From Tubiluchus corallicola (Eukaryota > Animalia > Priapulida), in NCBI GenBank assembly GCA_030141605.1, contig JAQGDQ010002433.1, positions 1 to 38,902 on the forward strand: DNA of 38,902 bases. The letters run 5' to 3'. Each line of letters opens with the position of its first letter. The first letter of the stretch is position 1. The position numbers and the translations under genes are program-made. The notes beneath the pieces are model-generated. The model worked only from the letters and a program-made list of their open reading frames with translations. It was not told the DNA's origin and did not search any database. Positions 9,048 to 19,865 of the stretch are shown here, in pieces.

Positions 9048-11703
9048 ATGAAAAAACTTGCCAATTTATTATTCACAATTTCTATTTATAGTGCAACGCT
9101 ATTATTGCTTGTCAATTGCCAAAGCAAAACATTGTCGGCTGATGACATAGAAATCACTTGGGAACTTGTCAACAATGACGTTTCAACTAAGGACCATTGC
9201 TTTGCTAAATTTAAATTTAAAAACAATGGCAGTGTTACTTGGCGTAGTGAAGGTTGGGCATTATACTTCAACCAGCGCCCTATCTTATGTTCTCCTGACA
9301 CAACTAAAATCGCTTCTGTTGAATACATTAGCGGTGATTGGTATCGCTTGTTTCCTAACAAAGGCTTTTCATTAGCTCCCGGAAAGACCATATCTATTCC
9401 CTACACTTGTAAGGAAAATTTGATTAAAAACTCTGATGTGCCAATGGGCTTGTACTTTGTTTTTGAACAAAAAAATGGAGAGGAGAAAATTGAGGAGGTG
9501 AAAAACTTTACATTTGCTCCATTTAACCGTTCAGAGCAAATTAATAGAACAAAAGAAGATACCATTATCCCTATTCCTACTCCAGTATTAGAGTACGAGC
9601 AAAACAAAAATTTGACACTATTAAATAAAAATAAGGTGCCAAAAATTTTGCCTACTCCTGTGCAACTAATACCTAAAAAAGAAAAGATGTCAATTGACAA
9701 TAGTTTTAAAATTTGCTATGAAAAAGAATTTGAAAATGAAGCAAAATATTTAGTAAACACATTAGAAGAAATGTTGGTTTGTCACTAACGATCGAAAAAC
9801 GACAACACCACCAAAAGACAACGTCATATTTTTGAAAAAGGGAAATGTTGTTGTAAAAGACATTGACAAAGAGGCGTATCATTTGAATGTTTTTCCTACA
9901 AGCATTGAAATTATAGGAAGTGACAAAGCAGGAGTTTTTTATGGAATTCAAAGCTTGATGATGCTGCTACCTGTAGAAGTGTTTGCTAACAAGCAAGCTG
10001 AAGTTTTAGAATTAGAATGTGTTGAAATAAAAGACGCTCCTCGTTTTCACTATCGAGGATTACACATAGATGTAAGTAGAAATTTTCAACAAAAAGAGAC
10101 TTTGTTAAAAGAATTAGATATAATGGCATTCTATAAACTCAATACTCTACTTCTTTATTTGACAGAAGACGAAGGGTGGAGAATAGAAATAAAAGCGTTG
10201 CCAGAACTTACAGAAATAGGAGGGCAAAGAGGACATACAACCAAGGATGCCAACGCATTACACCCAGCATACGGATCAGGCCCATTTCCTTATTCCAAAG
10301 AAAATTTTGGCTGTGGGTATTATACGCAAGAATGTTTTATAGAGATATTAAAATACGCCAATGAAAGGCACATACGCATAATTCCAGAAGTAAACTTTCC
10401 GGCACACGCAAGGGCAGCTATTAAATCTATGAAAGCCAGATATGAGCGATTAATGAAAGAAGGCAAGCCAGAAGAAGCAAATATGTACCGATTGGATGAC
10501 CCTAATGACACTTCCCTTTATACTTCTGCTCAGCACTTTACAGATAATGTGGTTTGTATAGCATTGCCATCTGTTTATAAGTTTTATGAAACAGTTGTTG
10601 ATGAAATTGTTGCCATGTACAAGCAAGCCAATGCCCCATTAGAATACTTCCATATAGGAGGAGATGAAGTACCTGCAGGAGCATGGGCAGGCTCTCCATT
10701 AGCTCAAAAATTATTAAACAGCTTGCATGAAGGATCGTATGACAGTAGTGATGTAAAAAACCTTCATAGTTACTTTATAGGTAAAGCAATAACTATTTTA
10801 GATAAATATAATTTGGAAGCTATTGGGTGGGAAGAAATTACGCAGAAATATGTAGAGAAACGCACTGATGAAAAGGGTTACAAAATTAATAAGAGTTTTG
10901 TTAGTTCGGGTGTTGTCTCTCAGATATGGAATAATTTGTGGGGCGAACAAGATCTAGGCTATAGGGTGGCTAATGCGGGATACAAAGTTGTGTTGTGTAA
11001 TGTATCTAATACCTATTTAGACCTGGCATACAATAAAGCCCCTGAAGAACCAGGGTTATATTGGCCTGGTTTTTTGAACACAAAAGCAACATATGAATTT
11101 GCTCCTTTTGATGCCTTTAAGACAACACAATTTGATGGTCCTATGGGAGAGTATTTTGACAAAAAAAAGGCTTATATAACAAAAGAAGTGCTTAAACCTG
11201 AGGCAAGAAAAAATGTTATTGGGATACAAGCACAGCTTTGGAGCGAAACTATTAAGGGGGAAATTGATTTGGAATATCGGATGTTTCCGCGGTTGCTAGG
11301 TTTTGCAGAAACTGCTTGGTCTGAGAGAGTTTGGGAACGAATTCCTTATGGAGAGAAATATGAACAAGCATTAGAAAAAGAGTGGAATAAGTTTGTAAAC
11401 ACTGTAGGACAAAGAGAAATGCCAAGGTTGAATTATATTTTTGAAGGATACAATTATCGGATTCCCACGCCTGGGATTATACAAAAAGGTGGTATGTGCA
11501 GAGCCAATGTAGAATTTCCAGGATTGACTATACGGTACACAACAGATGGTTCTGAGCCTAATCATCAATCTCGTGTATATGATGAAAGAGGTGTTAAGCT
11601 GCAAGATGGTCAAAAAAGGATAGTTAATGTTGTAAAAATGAAAGCATTCGATAGTATGGGAATGTCTGGAGAGACAGCAGTTTTTCAATTAGAAACAGAG
11701 TAA
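9048..11703 (+). pseudogene. Lipoprotein beta-N-acetylhexosaminidase (GH20, chitobiase-like), split by a frameshift near 9775-9800 (real or sequencing error)
   Basis: ORF 9048-9788 has lipobox LVNC and the N-terminal domain. ORF 9832-11703 has DAPRFHYRG, HIGGDEV, LWSE and YTTDGSEP. Adding one G (GG->GGG) and one A (A5->A6) gives continuous ...EEMLGLSLTIEKTTTPPKDNVIFLKKG. Confidence 0.85.
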
Positions 11704-11750
11704 TAGTTTTGCTATATATTGATGTACTATAAATTTAATTTTGAAACAAA

Positions 11751-12404
11751 ATGAAAAAAACAATTATTGCAATTATACTCCTTACTGTTTTTGGAGTGTT
11801 GCCAAGTAAGGCAAGAATAATAACGTTTGGTCTTAAAGCAGGGGTGAATAGTAGTTCTCTTAAGTATTCTACAACAGAAACGTCGTCGCTTTTCTCCTAC
11901 GAGAGTCAATTTTCTGCACATGGAGGAGTGTATGCAAGGTTGAAAGTTCCTCTTTTGGGACTATTTGTACAACCAGAATTGTTGTACTTGAATGCAAAAA
12001 GCAATGTGAACATTAGCCTTTTAACAGAGCAGTTGACTATAAAATATAATGTGCAAAGAGTTGATCTTCCTATCTTATTAGGTTACAGGTTGGGGCTTGG
12101 TGAGACGGTAGGAATTAGAATTTATGGAGGTCCTGTTTTTGTGTTTCCTTCTGCTGATAAAACCTCATTTGATGTTGGTAATAATAGTATAAAAAACGAA
12201 TTAGAAGGTGCATGGCCAGAAGCAGAAAAGAGAACTGACATTGCAGGAGGTGTTGGTATTGATTTGATGAAATTTTCTGTTGATGTAAGAATTCAATATA
12301 GTTTGAAACAAGTTCATGATGATATAAACCTTAACAACATTCCAACCTTTGGAAAGCCTCAAGAAATGGGAGTTTTTATCACGGCGGGGTATAAGATATT
12401 TTAA
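11751..12404 (+). CDS. Outer-membrane beta-barrel (porin/PorT-like) protein
   Basis: Signal peptide; FGLKAGVN, FVQPELLY and DLPILLGY; C-terminal GYKIF. Confidence 0.8.
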   Translation: MKKTIIAIILLTVFGVLPSKARIITFGLKAGVNSSSLKYSTTETSSLFSYESQFSAHGGVYARLKVPLLGLFVQPELLYLNAKSNVNISLLTEQLTIKYNVQRVDLPILLGYRLGLGETVGIRIYGGPVFVFPSADKTSFDVGNNSIKNELEGAWPEAEKRTDIAGGVGIDLMKFSVDVRIQYSLKQVHDDINLNNIPTFGKPQEMGVFITAGYKIF

Positions 12405-12458
12405 TGTTGCATTTGCAAAATAATGAAGGTTGCGAGTAACAAAAAAATTACTAAAACT

Positions 12459-13816
12459 ATGAAAGGAAAAATACTAATAACTCTTTTCTCTTTCATTACT
12501 TGTAAGCTGCCAAGAGCAAGAAAAAGAGCCAACATCGGATAATAACTCTAATACAACATTAGAAAAGCAAGAATTTGTTTTTGATGTAATGCAATCATTT
12601 TACTTGTGGGAAAATAATGTGAGCTTATTGCAAAACTATAAAGATGATGTTGATTTTAGTCTATACAAGAATGAAGAAGACCTATTTGATGACATCATTT
12701 ATGAAGAGAAAGATAGATGGTCGTTTATGATGTCTACCTCTGATGCAGAAGCATATTTTAATCAAGGCATCAACCCTGCAAGTTTTGGAGTTAGATTTGG
12801 GTTAAACTATCAAACGGGAGATGTGTATGTGATTATTATTTATTCTGATTCTCCATTTTATGCTGAGGGAATCAACAATAGGGGCTGGAAAGTAGTATCT
12901 ATTGATGGAGTAAGTGTGCGGGTAACTAATGACACAGAAAAGAACAATTTTCTTACGATGTTAGGAGAAGACAAAGTAGGAGTAACCAAAACATTTGAGT
13001 TAGCTTTTGAAGGTACTACTAAAACTATTACTGTTACCAAGAAAGATATTCATCTTAATTCTGTGTTAATGAAAAAAGTATTTGAAAGAGACAACAAGAA
13101 AATAGGCTACCTATTATATGATGCTTTTTTAAGCACCTCTAACGTTGAGTTAGATGAGGCATCAATATTTTGCAAGTGAAGATATCACAAAACTAATATT
13201 AGATTTACGCTATAATGGAGGAGGAAGCGTTGATATTGCCATTGATTTGTGTGGAAAAATCACAGGAAATACCAAAGTAGGAGAGGTCTTGATTAATTAC
13301 ACTTATAATAAGTATTTAACTGGTGCAGAGGGGTACCCAGAAAATAAGAAACTTTTTTCTGTTAATAATCCAGTGATGGGGATAGATGAGTTAATAGTTA
13401 TTGCAAAATCATCTACTGCTTCTGCTAGCGAACTAGTGATTGATGGTTTGCGGGAAGAATTGTTGTTTCCTGTAAAAGTAGTTGGCAAAAAAACAGAAGG
13501 CAAATATGTAGGGTCTTATTTGTTGCACTCTAAACTTTTTAAGCACTATTATGATTGGGATGATTTGAACATAACCCTATCTCCAATAACGTTTAAGTAT
13601 GGTGATTTTGAGGGTGGAATAGATGAGGATATAACTGTGGAGGATGATTTTTCTGAGCCATTTGGAGAAGCTACAGAAAGCATGTTGGCTGTTGCATTGG
13701 AGTATATAAAGACGGGATCTATACCTGTTGCACGCATGGGAAAAGTCACACAAAAAGAAGCGATATTGCTTAATGATAAAAAAGGATTAAGAGGCGCAAA
13801 CGGTGGTATTTATTAA
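12459..13816 (+). pseudogene. S41 (C-terminal processing) peptidase lipoprotein with PDZ domain, interrupted by two frameshifts
   Basis: ATG 12459 shifts near 12485-12495 into lipobox LLVSC, continuing into ORF 12589. A second shift near 13162 leads to LDLRYNGGG, TASASE and TEGK motifs. Confidence 0.85.
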
Positions 13817-13823
13817 CACATCA

Positions 13824-15248
13824 CTATGTCGGGATTATAGACTTTATAGCGCACTGCTTTTCTAGTGCTTTTAAGTTATATTTCACCTTTTGGGTGTGTT
13901 CATGCTCTTCTCCTAATAACATATCAAGGATAGGAATTGACTTTTTGAAAAATTTGATAGATTTTTTTACGTCAGATGCGGCTAAATATGTAGCTCCTAA
14001 TCCGTTGTATAATTCTAATAAGTTTTGATGTAGCTCTGTTTTATAAATAGATAGAGCGCTTTTTAGTGCTTTTGTGTAGTGTTCTATTGCATCTGTATAT
14101 TCTTTTGCCTCTTGATATGCATCGCCTAAATGGTGCAATGTTGTTATTATAGCGGGATGGGTATTGCCGTGTAATTGTATATTGATGCTTAGGGCGCTTT
14201 TGAAGTTTTGAATGGCTTTGCCATACTCACCCTTTTCTTTCATGATACCTCCTATATGGAAATAGCAATCTGCTATCTTTTCTGCGTCTTTGTCTTTCTC
14301 TACTGCTGTGGAATAATTTTTCAATGCTTTGGAATAAAACTTCATAGCAGTGATATAGTCTTTGTCTGCATAGCACGCCTTGCCCAAATCCATATAATAG
14401 CCCACCACTTGAACTTTGTTCTCTTTGTGTGTTTTTGTACAGATACTTAGGGCTTTTTGATAGCTTGATATAGATTTTTTATATTTTTTGTCCCTGTAAA
14501 ACGCCTCTCCTATTATGCTGTGTGTGCATGCTATTTTTATGTGCTCCGCTCCAAATTGTTTTACCCCTATCTCTAACATTTCGTTAGCGGTTTCAATAGC
14601 ATTGTTATACTCTTTCTTCTCTATTAATAGGTGGCTAAAATTTTCTAAGCAAGCAAAATCTTTTTCTTTATTGATACCAATAGCCTCTTGATAATATTTT
14701 TTTGCATTTTTAAAATCCAGAAAAAGGTTAAATATCTCAGCCTTTATAAATGACGTTTCATATTTATTGGCAAAGTTATCATTGTATCGCTCCTCAAAAT
14801 CCTCTATCAACACCTTAGATTTTTTATAATTGAAGTTAAAAAGATCTCTTCGTACAGTGGTTAATCGCTTTTTTAAGGCAGGGTTCTGAACAGATCGTTT
14901 TATCTTATTGATAAGTTGGCATAGGCGGTTTAAATGCTGTAGCGAGTAGCCTGCTTTTTCCCATACCTCGTCCCACAAATGTTCATTCGCTTGTTCCATT
15001 TCGGTAATGCTCTTTCCATATATTGTACGTATTAGCTTAACAAAATGACTATTTTGCTTTGCTAAGTGCCAGTTTTTTCCACTAATAAGACCGCTTAAGT
15101 CAATGATATTTTGCTTGACTTGCTTTTTGCACGGCAATGCAAAGACAAGACCAACTATAGAGATGACAATAATTGTTATGATTAAAATTACAATTATTAA
15201 GGTATTATTATCCATTTCTGCCATAACGGGGATTAATTTAAGTTTCAT
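13824..15248 (-). CDS. Membrane-anchored TPR protein with long, kinesin-light-chain-like repeats
   Basis: N-terminal hydrophobic helix; repeats such as GAEHIKIACTHSIIG and GNTHPAIITTLHHLG. Confidence 0.8.
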   Translation of the reverse strand: MKLKLIPVMAEMDNNTLIIVILIITIIVISIVGLVFALPCKKQVKQNIIDLSGLISGKNWHLAKQNSHFVKLIRTIYGKSITEMEQANEHLWDEVWEKAGYSLQHLNRLCQLINKIKRSVQNPALKKRLTTVRRDLFNFNYKKSKVLIEDFEERYNDNFANKYETSFIKAEIFNLFLDFKNAKKYYQEAIGINKEKDFACLENFSHLLIEKKEYNNAIETANEMLEIGVKQFGAEHIKIACTHSIIGEAFYRDKKYKKSISSYQKALSICTKTHKENKVQVVGYYMDLGKACYADKDYITAMKFYSKALKNYSTAVEKDKDAEKIADCYFHIGGIMKEKGEYGKAIQNFKSALSINIQLHGNTHPAIITTLHHLGDAYQEAKEYTDAIEHYTKALKSALSIYKTELHQNLLELYNGLGATYLAASDVKKSIKFFKKSIPILDMLLGEEHEHTQKVKYNLKALEKQCAIKSIIPT

Positions 15249-15379
15249 TTACAAAAATAGAAAAATGATATGATTTGCAAAATAATTTTAATAAAATTAA
15301 CTAAAACTAACAGTGCAAAAAACGTATTAAACCAAAAAAAATAAAAATGATTTAATGATATGCAAAAAGTGAAAAAAGC

Positions 15380-15387
15380 TATCTTTG
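15380..15387 (+). promoter_or_regulatory. Bacteroidota -7 promoter element for folE
   Basis: TATCTTTG just upstream of the start codon. Confidence 0.6.
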
Positions 15388-15400
15388 TGTTGTTTTTAAA

Positions 15401-16075
15401 ATGAATGCAATGAAAGATAAAAAAGAAAAAAGTGCAAAATCGCCACAGAAAACATGGAACTGCGAAACGCCATTACGCAAGGATGCCTTTGATTTGGATG
15501 ATAAAACCAAAATATCGAAGATAAAGAAGCATTTTGAAGAAATAATGTTGCTGTTGGGATTAGACCTTGAAAATGACAGTTTGAAAGGCACACCGCATAG
15601 GGTGGCTAAAATGTATGTAAAAGAAGTGTTTAAGGGACTCAATCCCAAATACAAACCCCAAATAAAACTTTTTGACAATCACTTTGAATATGGTAAAGAT
15701 GGTGAAGTTTTAGTCCAAAAAAATATTACTTTTTACTCCTATTGTGAGCATCATTTTGTGCCAATTATTGGCAAAGCTTCTGTTGGTTATATCTCTTCGG
15801 GAAAGATAATAGGCTTGTCAAAAATCAATCGCATTGTGCAATATTACGCCAAGCGACCGCAAGTTCAAGAGCGTTTAACTTTACAGATAACCAAGGCGTT
15901 ACAGGAAGCATTGAACACCGAAAGTATCGCTGTTTTTATTGAAGCAGAACATTTATGTGTCTCTTCTCGTGGGGTGCAAGATGCACATAGTGTTACTACT
16001 ACAGCATATTATGGCGGGGAGTTTAAGAATAAAGAAACAAAAGAAGAGTTTATTAACTTGTTAACCTCTTTGTAG
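15401..16075 (+). CDS. folE: GTP cyclohydrolase I
   Basis: TPHRVAKMY, CEHHF, GLSK, RPQVQERLT and HLC..RG motifs. Confidence 0.97.
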   Translation: MNAMKDKKEKSAKSPQKTWNCETPLRKDAFDLDDKTKISKIKKHFEEIMLLLGLDLENDSLKGTPHRVAKMYVKEVFKGLNPKYKPQIKLFDNHFEYGKDGEVLVQKNITFYSYCEHHFVPIIGKASVGYISSGKIIGLSKINRIVQYYAKRPQVQERLTLQITKALQEALNTESIAVFIEAEHLCVSSRGVQDAHSVTTTAYYGGEFKNKETKEEFINLLTSL

Positions 16076-16085
16076 GTGAAAAAGA

Positions 16086-16138
16086 CCTAAGAAAGAGGGG
16101 GCAGAAAAAGAGCTAACTTAAAACCACCCCCTTTCAGG
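16086..16138. terminator. Imperfect GC-rich hairpin between convergent folE and the TPR gene
   Basis: On - strand GAAAGGGGGTGG can pair with CTGCCCCCTCTTTC; large loop. Confidence 0.35.
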
Positions 16139-16241
16139 GCTTGCTATGACACCATACAAAACCACAGCAAGTTACTAATTACAGTTATGCTTGTACTTAC
16201 CCAACGGCTTATTCATACTTCCTAAAGTTTTCATGCGTTCT

Positions 16242-17282
16242 TTAAACTCTTGTAGCTTTTTTTTTGTATTTTGTGTTTTTCTTTTTTATTACTTGCCTTA
16301 TTTCATTCTCTTTGGCAATCACATTGCAAATTTCCGCATGTCTTTCAGCGGCTTCACTATTGCCCATTGCTTTATATGTCCAAGAGGCTGTTTCATTGTA
16401 ACTTAACTTCTCTTCTGTTCGCAAAACATCACTTTCAGATAGTGCCAATGTTAAGTACTTTTCTGCTCTTTCATAATCTTGCTTAGCAAAGTAGAGCCTG
16501 CCAAATTCACCATTTATTATTGCCACCAAATACCTATCTTTTAACCCACTGGCAATTATCAACGCCTTGCTGAGGTGTTCTTTTCCCTCTTCCAGTTCTT
16601 CTTTGCCAACAAACGTTCGTTTAGTGTTGTTGTTGATGGCTATTTTTCCTAAGTTAATGTTAATAACGACCTGATGATGGTATTCATCTTGCTCTTTTGC
16701 CTCAACCATAGCCTTTTTAAACCTTCGCTTTGCAACGCTCAAATCACCTTGCAGTTCATGCAGTACAGCTATGCCTATTTGAGTTGCAAGCATGCTTTTT
16801 TTGTCTTGGTTTTTTTGTGCCAGCTTAAATGCTTGCTTATAATGCTCCATCGCTTCATAATAGAGCCCCAAATCTTTAAACAACAAGCCTAAATTATGTG
16901 ATGCTTTGTGCATTAACGCAATATTGCTATGTTTTTCTGCCAACCGTAGGGCTTCGGAAAATGTAATAAAAGCGTCATCATACCTAAATGCTAGATATTG
17001 TGTACCCCCTATGGAATTGAGTATTTTTGCACTGAATATCTCTTTTCTGTTTTCCCCAAGAGAAACATCTTCTAAGACTACCGATGCTTTGTTAAATGTT
17101 GACAGAGCACTGTCAAACTTTTTCTGCTTTCTTAGAAACTTGCCTTCTTTTATCAATTCTTCAATTTCTTCTAATCTTTCCTGAACATAAGGCGTATCTA
17201 CACCTTTTACCCCTCTTGTGTTGCAATGTATCAACAGAACTGATAGGACTATTATTAGTGAAAGAAAGATTAGTTTTTTCAC
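16242..17282 (-). CDS. TPR lipoprotein (MalT/Rap-like TPR array); 3' end possibly frameshifted at an A9 run
   Basis: GTG start; signal peptide ending LIHC; repeats such as KILNSIG, KASHNLG and ININLG. Confidence 0.8.
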   Translation of the reverse strand: MKKLIFLSLIIVLSVLLIHCNTRGVKGVDTPYVQERLEEIEELIKEGKFLRKQKKFDSALSTFNKASVVLEDVSLGENRKEIFSAKILNSIGGTQYLAFRYDDAFITFSEALRLAEKHSNIALMHKASHNLGLLFKDLGLYYEAMEHYKQAFKLAQKNQDKKSMLATQIGIAVLHELQGDLSVAKRRFKKAMVEAKEQDEYHHQVVININLGKIAINNNTKRTFVGKEELEEGKEHLSKALIIASGLKDRYLVAIINGEFGRLYFAKQDYERAEKYLTLALSESDVLRTEEKLSYNETASWTYKAMGNSEAAERHAEICNVIAKENEIRQVIKKKNTKYKKKATRV

Positions 17283-17354
17283 GAGTTTATTAGTTTTTCA
17301 TTTCAATTAGCTTATCGTTAGTTAATAGTAGCAAAGAGGAACCCCCAAAGAGAG

Positions 17355-17483
17355 CTACCCTTCAATATTTTCTCCATCGCCAGTGGCGAGTTCATTTACT
17401 TCTTTATGAGTGGTACCTTGTTGGCACTGCACTAACAGAGCTAATAAAATTATAGCAATTGAAAGTATGGCTATTCTTTTCAT
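17355..17483 (-). CDS. Unannotated 42-aa secreted lipopeptide MKRIAILSIAIILLALLVQC-QQGTTHKEVNELATGDGENIEG
   Basis: Hand-translated: ATG 17483 to TAG 17355; basic-hydrophobic-Cys signal; 72 nt upstream of the co-oriented TPR gene. Confidence 0.75.
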   Translation of the reverse strand: MKRIAILSIAIILLALLVQCQQGTTHKEVNELATGDGENIEG

Positions 17484-17698
17484 CCTTTTGTTTTGTTAAA
17501 GGGTTAAAGATTTTTATTGATGTTTTTTTACTGCTTTTAAAGTAGTTTAATATGTTTTTAACTACAAAAATCGCAAAACAATGAACTCCACCTATAATGA
17601 CTTGATTATAACAATAATATGAGTAAAAATGTTTTGATAAAATAAAAGTTTATGACAATAAATCACAATTTTGTTTTTAAGTTTTGGTTTTATCGATA

Positions 17699-17714
17699 CA
17701 AAAGTATAAATTTG
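17699..17714. promoter_or_regulatory. Abutting divergent -7 elements
   Basis: TACTTTTG on - (17699-17706) and TAAATTTG on + (17707-17714). Confidence 0.5.
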
Positions 17715-17776
17715 TGTGGTGCTATTGATTTTGTGGCACTATTGTAAATTATGCGTGGCTAGAAGATTATTTGTGA

Positions 17777-17833
17777 GGAGAGGTGGGTGAGTGGCTTAAA
17801 CCAGCAGTTTGCTAAACTGTCGTACCCTACTCG

Positions 17834-17864
<31 letters not shown>
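17777..17864 (+). tRNA. tRNA-Ser (GCT), CCA not encoded
   Basis: GGAGAGG/CCTCTCC acceptor stem; loop TTGCTAA; long variable arm GTACCC..GGGTAC; GGTTCGAATCC T-arm. Confidence 0.97.
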
Positions 17865-17865
<1 letters not shown>

Positions 17866-17899
17866 AGAAATTGCACTATTTAAATTTAAGCAAGCATAA

Positions 17900-18832
17900 A
17901 TGAAAAAAACTATTTATTTATTAGCTTTCCTTTTAACAGCATTTTCAATTGTCAGTAATGCTCAGAGTAGAATTATACAAATGAAATTTAAAGAAGCTTT
18001 TGCTGCCTACACTGGTGAGGATCACAAAAAAGCAATAGCAATTTTTAGCGAAATTATATCCATAGATAGCACCTATCATGTGGCATACTATTATCGTGGC
18101 CTTTCAAAGCATGCTTTAAGCAGCCTTAAAGCCGCAGAAAGAGATTACTCTTTGGCAATAAAAACAAAACCAAAATATGCAGAGGCGCTCTATCAAAGAG
18201 CAAGAATAAAGCATGAATTGGGCAATTATAAGTCTGCAATACAAGATTACGGAAAGGCAATAAAACTCAAACCCATAGGCATTGCTGCCATCTATAATGA
18301 TAGAGGATCTGCCTATTTTGCATCAGAACAATATGACAAAGCCATAAATGATTATAGCAAGGCGGTTTCATTAGACCCAAGATATGCGGAAGCCTATTTG
18401 AATAGGGGAGTGACACTATTTTATATCAAGGGAAAACTGTTAGAGGCAAAATCAGACTTTGAAAAAATGATAGAACTGCGCCCTATGGATGCAAGGGCAT
18501 ACTACTATCTTGGTAACGTTCAGGCAATAAAATTGGACAATAGACGGGCGTTGAGTAGTTTTAATTCAGCAATAAGGCTTAATCCCGAATATGCAGAAGC
18601 ATATTATGATAGAGGAATGACTAGGCTTATGTTATTGAAGCCAGAGGAAGGATGTAATGATTTTAAAAAAGCAGGCGAACTTGGCTATATAAAAGAAGAG
18701 GTGAGCTTGGCGTTGTCTCAATATTGCACAAAAGCAGCATTGAAAAAGAATGCTTCACCGCCTTCTACTTCTTTTCGTAGACCAGCAGCAACTCCAAATA
18801 GAACGGCTCCTATGGTACCTAACCCTAAATAA
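17900..18832 (+). CDS. Exported TPR protein
   Basis: Signal peptide SNA|Q; canonical 34-aa AYYxRG...P repeats; C-terminal C..F.KA.ELG. Confidence 0.88.
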   Translation: MKKTIYLLAFLLTAFSIVSNAQSRIIQMKFKEAFAAYTGEDHKKAIAIFSEIISIDSTYHVAYYYRGLSKHALSSLKAAERDYSLAIKTKPKYAEALYQRARIKHELGNYKSAIQDYGKAIKLKPIGIAAIYNDRGSAYFASEQYDKAINDYSKAVSLDPRYAEAYLNRGVTLFYIKGKLLEAKSDFEKMIELRPMDARAYYYLGNVQAIKLDNRRALSSFNSAIRLNPEYAEAYYDRGMTRLMLLKPEEGCNDFKKAGELGYIKEEVSLALSQYCTKAALKKNASPPSTSFRRPAATPNRTAPMVPNPK

Positions 18833-18890
18833 GTAGTGCACAAAAAAATAAAATATTTTTTCTTTAATGATTTTTTTAATAAAAAGTATT

Positions 18891-18898
18891 TACTTTTG
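18891..18898 (+). promoter_or_regulatory. Bacteroidota -7 promoter element for greA-HIT-peroxiredoxin
   Basis: TACTTTTG 53 nt upstream of greA. Confidence 0.55.
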
Positions 18899-18951
18899 TC
18901 GTTTCTTATACAAAAAATTAAATTTAGAAATATAGATATAAAATTATACTA

Positions 18952-19422
18952 ATGAGAGAAGTATCCTATTTTACAAAGGAAGGCTTGGAGAAGCTAAAAA
19001 ATGATTTGAGCGAACTAAAAACAAAAGGGAGGTCAGACATAGCCAAGCAAATATCAGAAGCAAGGGATAAAGGAGATTTGAGCGAAAACGCAGAGTATGA
19101 TGCAGCAAAAGAGGCTCAAGGTCATTTGGAGCTTAAAATATCTAAACTTGAAAAAAAGATAGCCACCGCAAGGATTATTGACGTTTCAAGGTTAGACCGT
19201 TCCAAAGTGTCTATCCTATCGAAAGTAAAAATAAAAAATTTACAAAATAACGCATCGTTTGAGTATACGCTCATGCCTGAAGAAGAGGCAGACTTAAAAC
19301 AGAGTAAACTATCTATTCAATCGCCAATAGGCAAGGGGCTTTTGAGCAAAAAAGTAGGAGATAAGGTAGAAATACAGACACCTGGAGGCAAAGTGATGTT
19401 TGAGATATTGGCAATAAATTAA
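18952..19422 (+). CDS. greA: Transcription elongation factor GreA
   Basis: ARDKGDLSENAEYDAAK and SPIGKGLL motifs. Confidence 0.97.
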   Translation: MREVSYFTKEGLEKLKNDLSELKTKGRSDIAKQISEARDKGDLSENAEYDAAKEAQGHLELKISKLEKKIATARIIDVSRLDRSKVSILSKVKIKNLQNNASFEYTLMPEEEADLKQSKLSIQSPIGKGLLSKKVGDKVEIQTPGGKVMFEILAIN

Positions 19423-19428
19423 ACAAAT

Positions 19429-19833
19429 ATGGCGACAATTTTTACTAAAATTATCAACAAAGAGATACCTGCTTATGTTGTGGCAGAGGATGAAAATAAT
19501 ATTGCCTTTCTTGACATAAATCCACTTGTAAAGGGACATACTTTGGTAGTGCCAAAAAAGGAGATAGATTATTTGTTTGATATTGATGAAAAAAGATATA
19601 TATCACTTCAACTTTTTGCCAAAAAAGTTTCTTATGCAATTGCAAAGGAGATGCCTTGCGTTAGGGTAGGAGTGGCAGTGATAGGCTTGGAGGTACCGCA
19701 TGCCCATATCCATCTAATACCTTTGAAAACAATGGATGATATGAATTTTAGCAGACCGAAATTGCAACTATCTCCAGAAGAGCTAAAAGAAACAATGAAG
19801 AAGATAAAATCATCATTTGAATTAAATTTGTAG
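19429..19833 (+). CDS. HIT family nucleotide hydrolase
   Basis: IFTKII, AFLDINP..GHTLVVPK and HAHIHLIP motifs. Confidence 0.93.
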   Translation: MATIFTKIINKEIPAYVVAEDENNIAFLDINPLVKGHTLVVPKKEIDYLFDIDEKRYISLQLFAKKVSYAIAKEMPCVRVGVAVIGLEVPHAHIHLIPLKTMDDMNFSRPKLQLSPEELKETMKKIKSSFELNL

Positions 19834-19865
19834 AACAATTAAATTATATTAAAAAAACAAAAATT

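Noticed and set aside
17777-17864. tRNA-Ser as integration site of the phage region
   Set aside because: No duplicated tRNA 3' end or integrase seen, and housekeeping genes follow it
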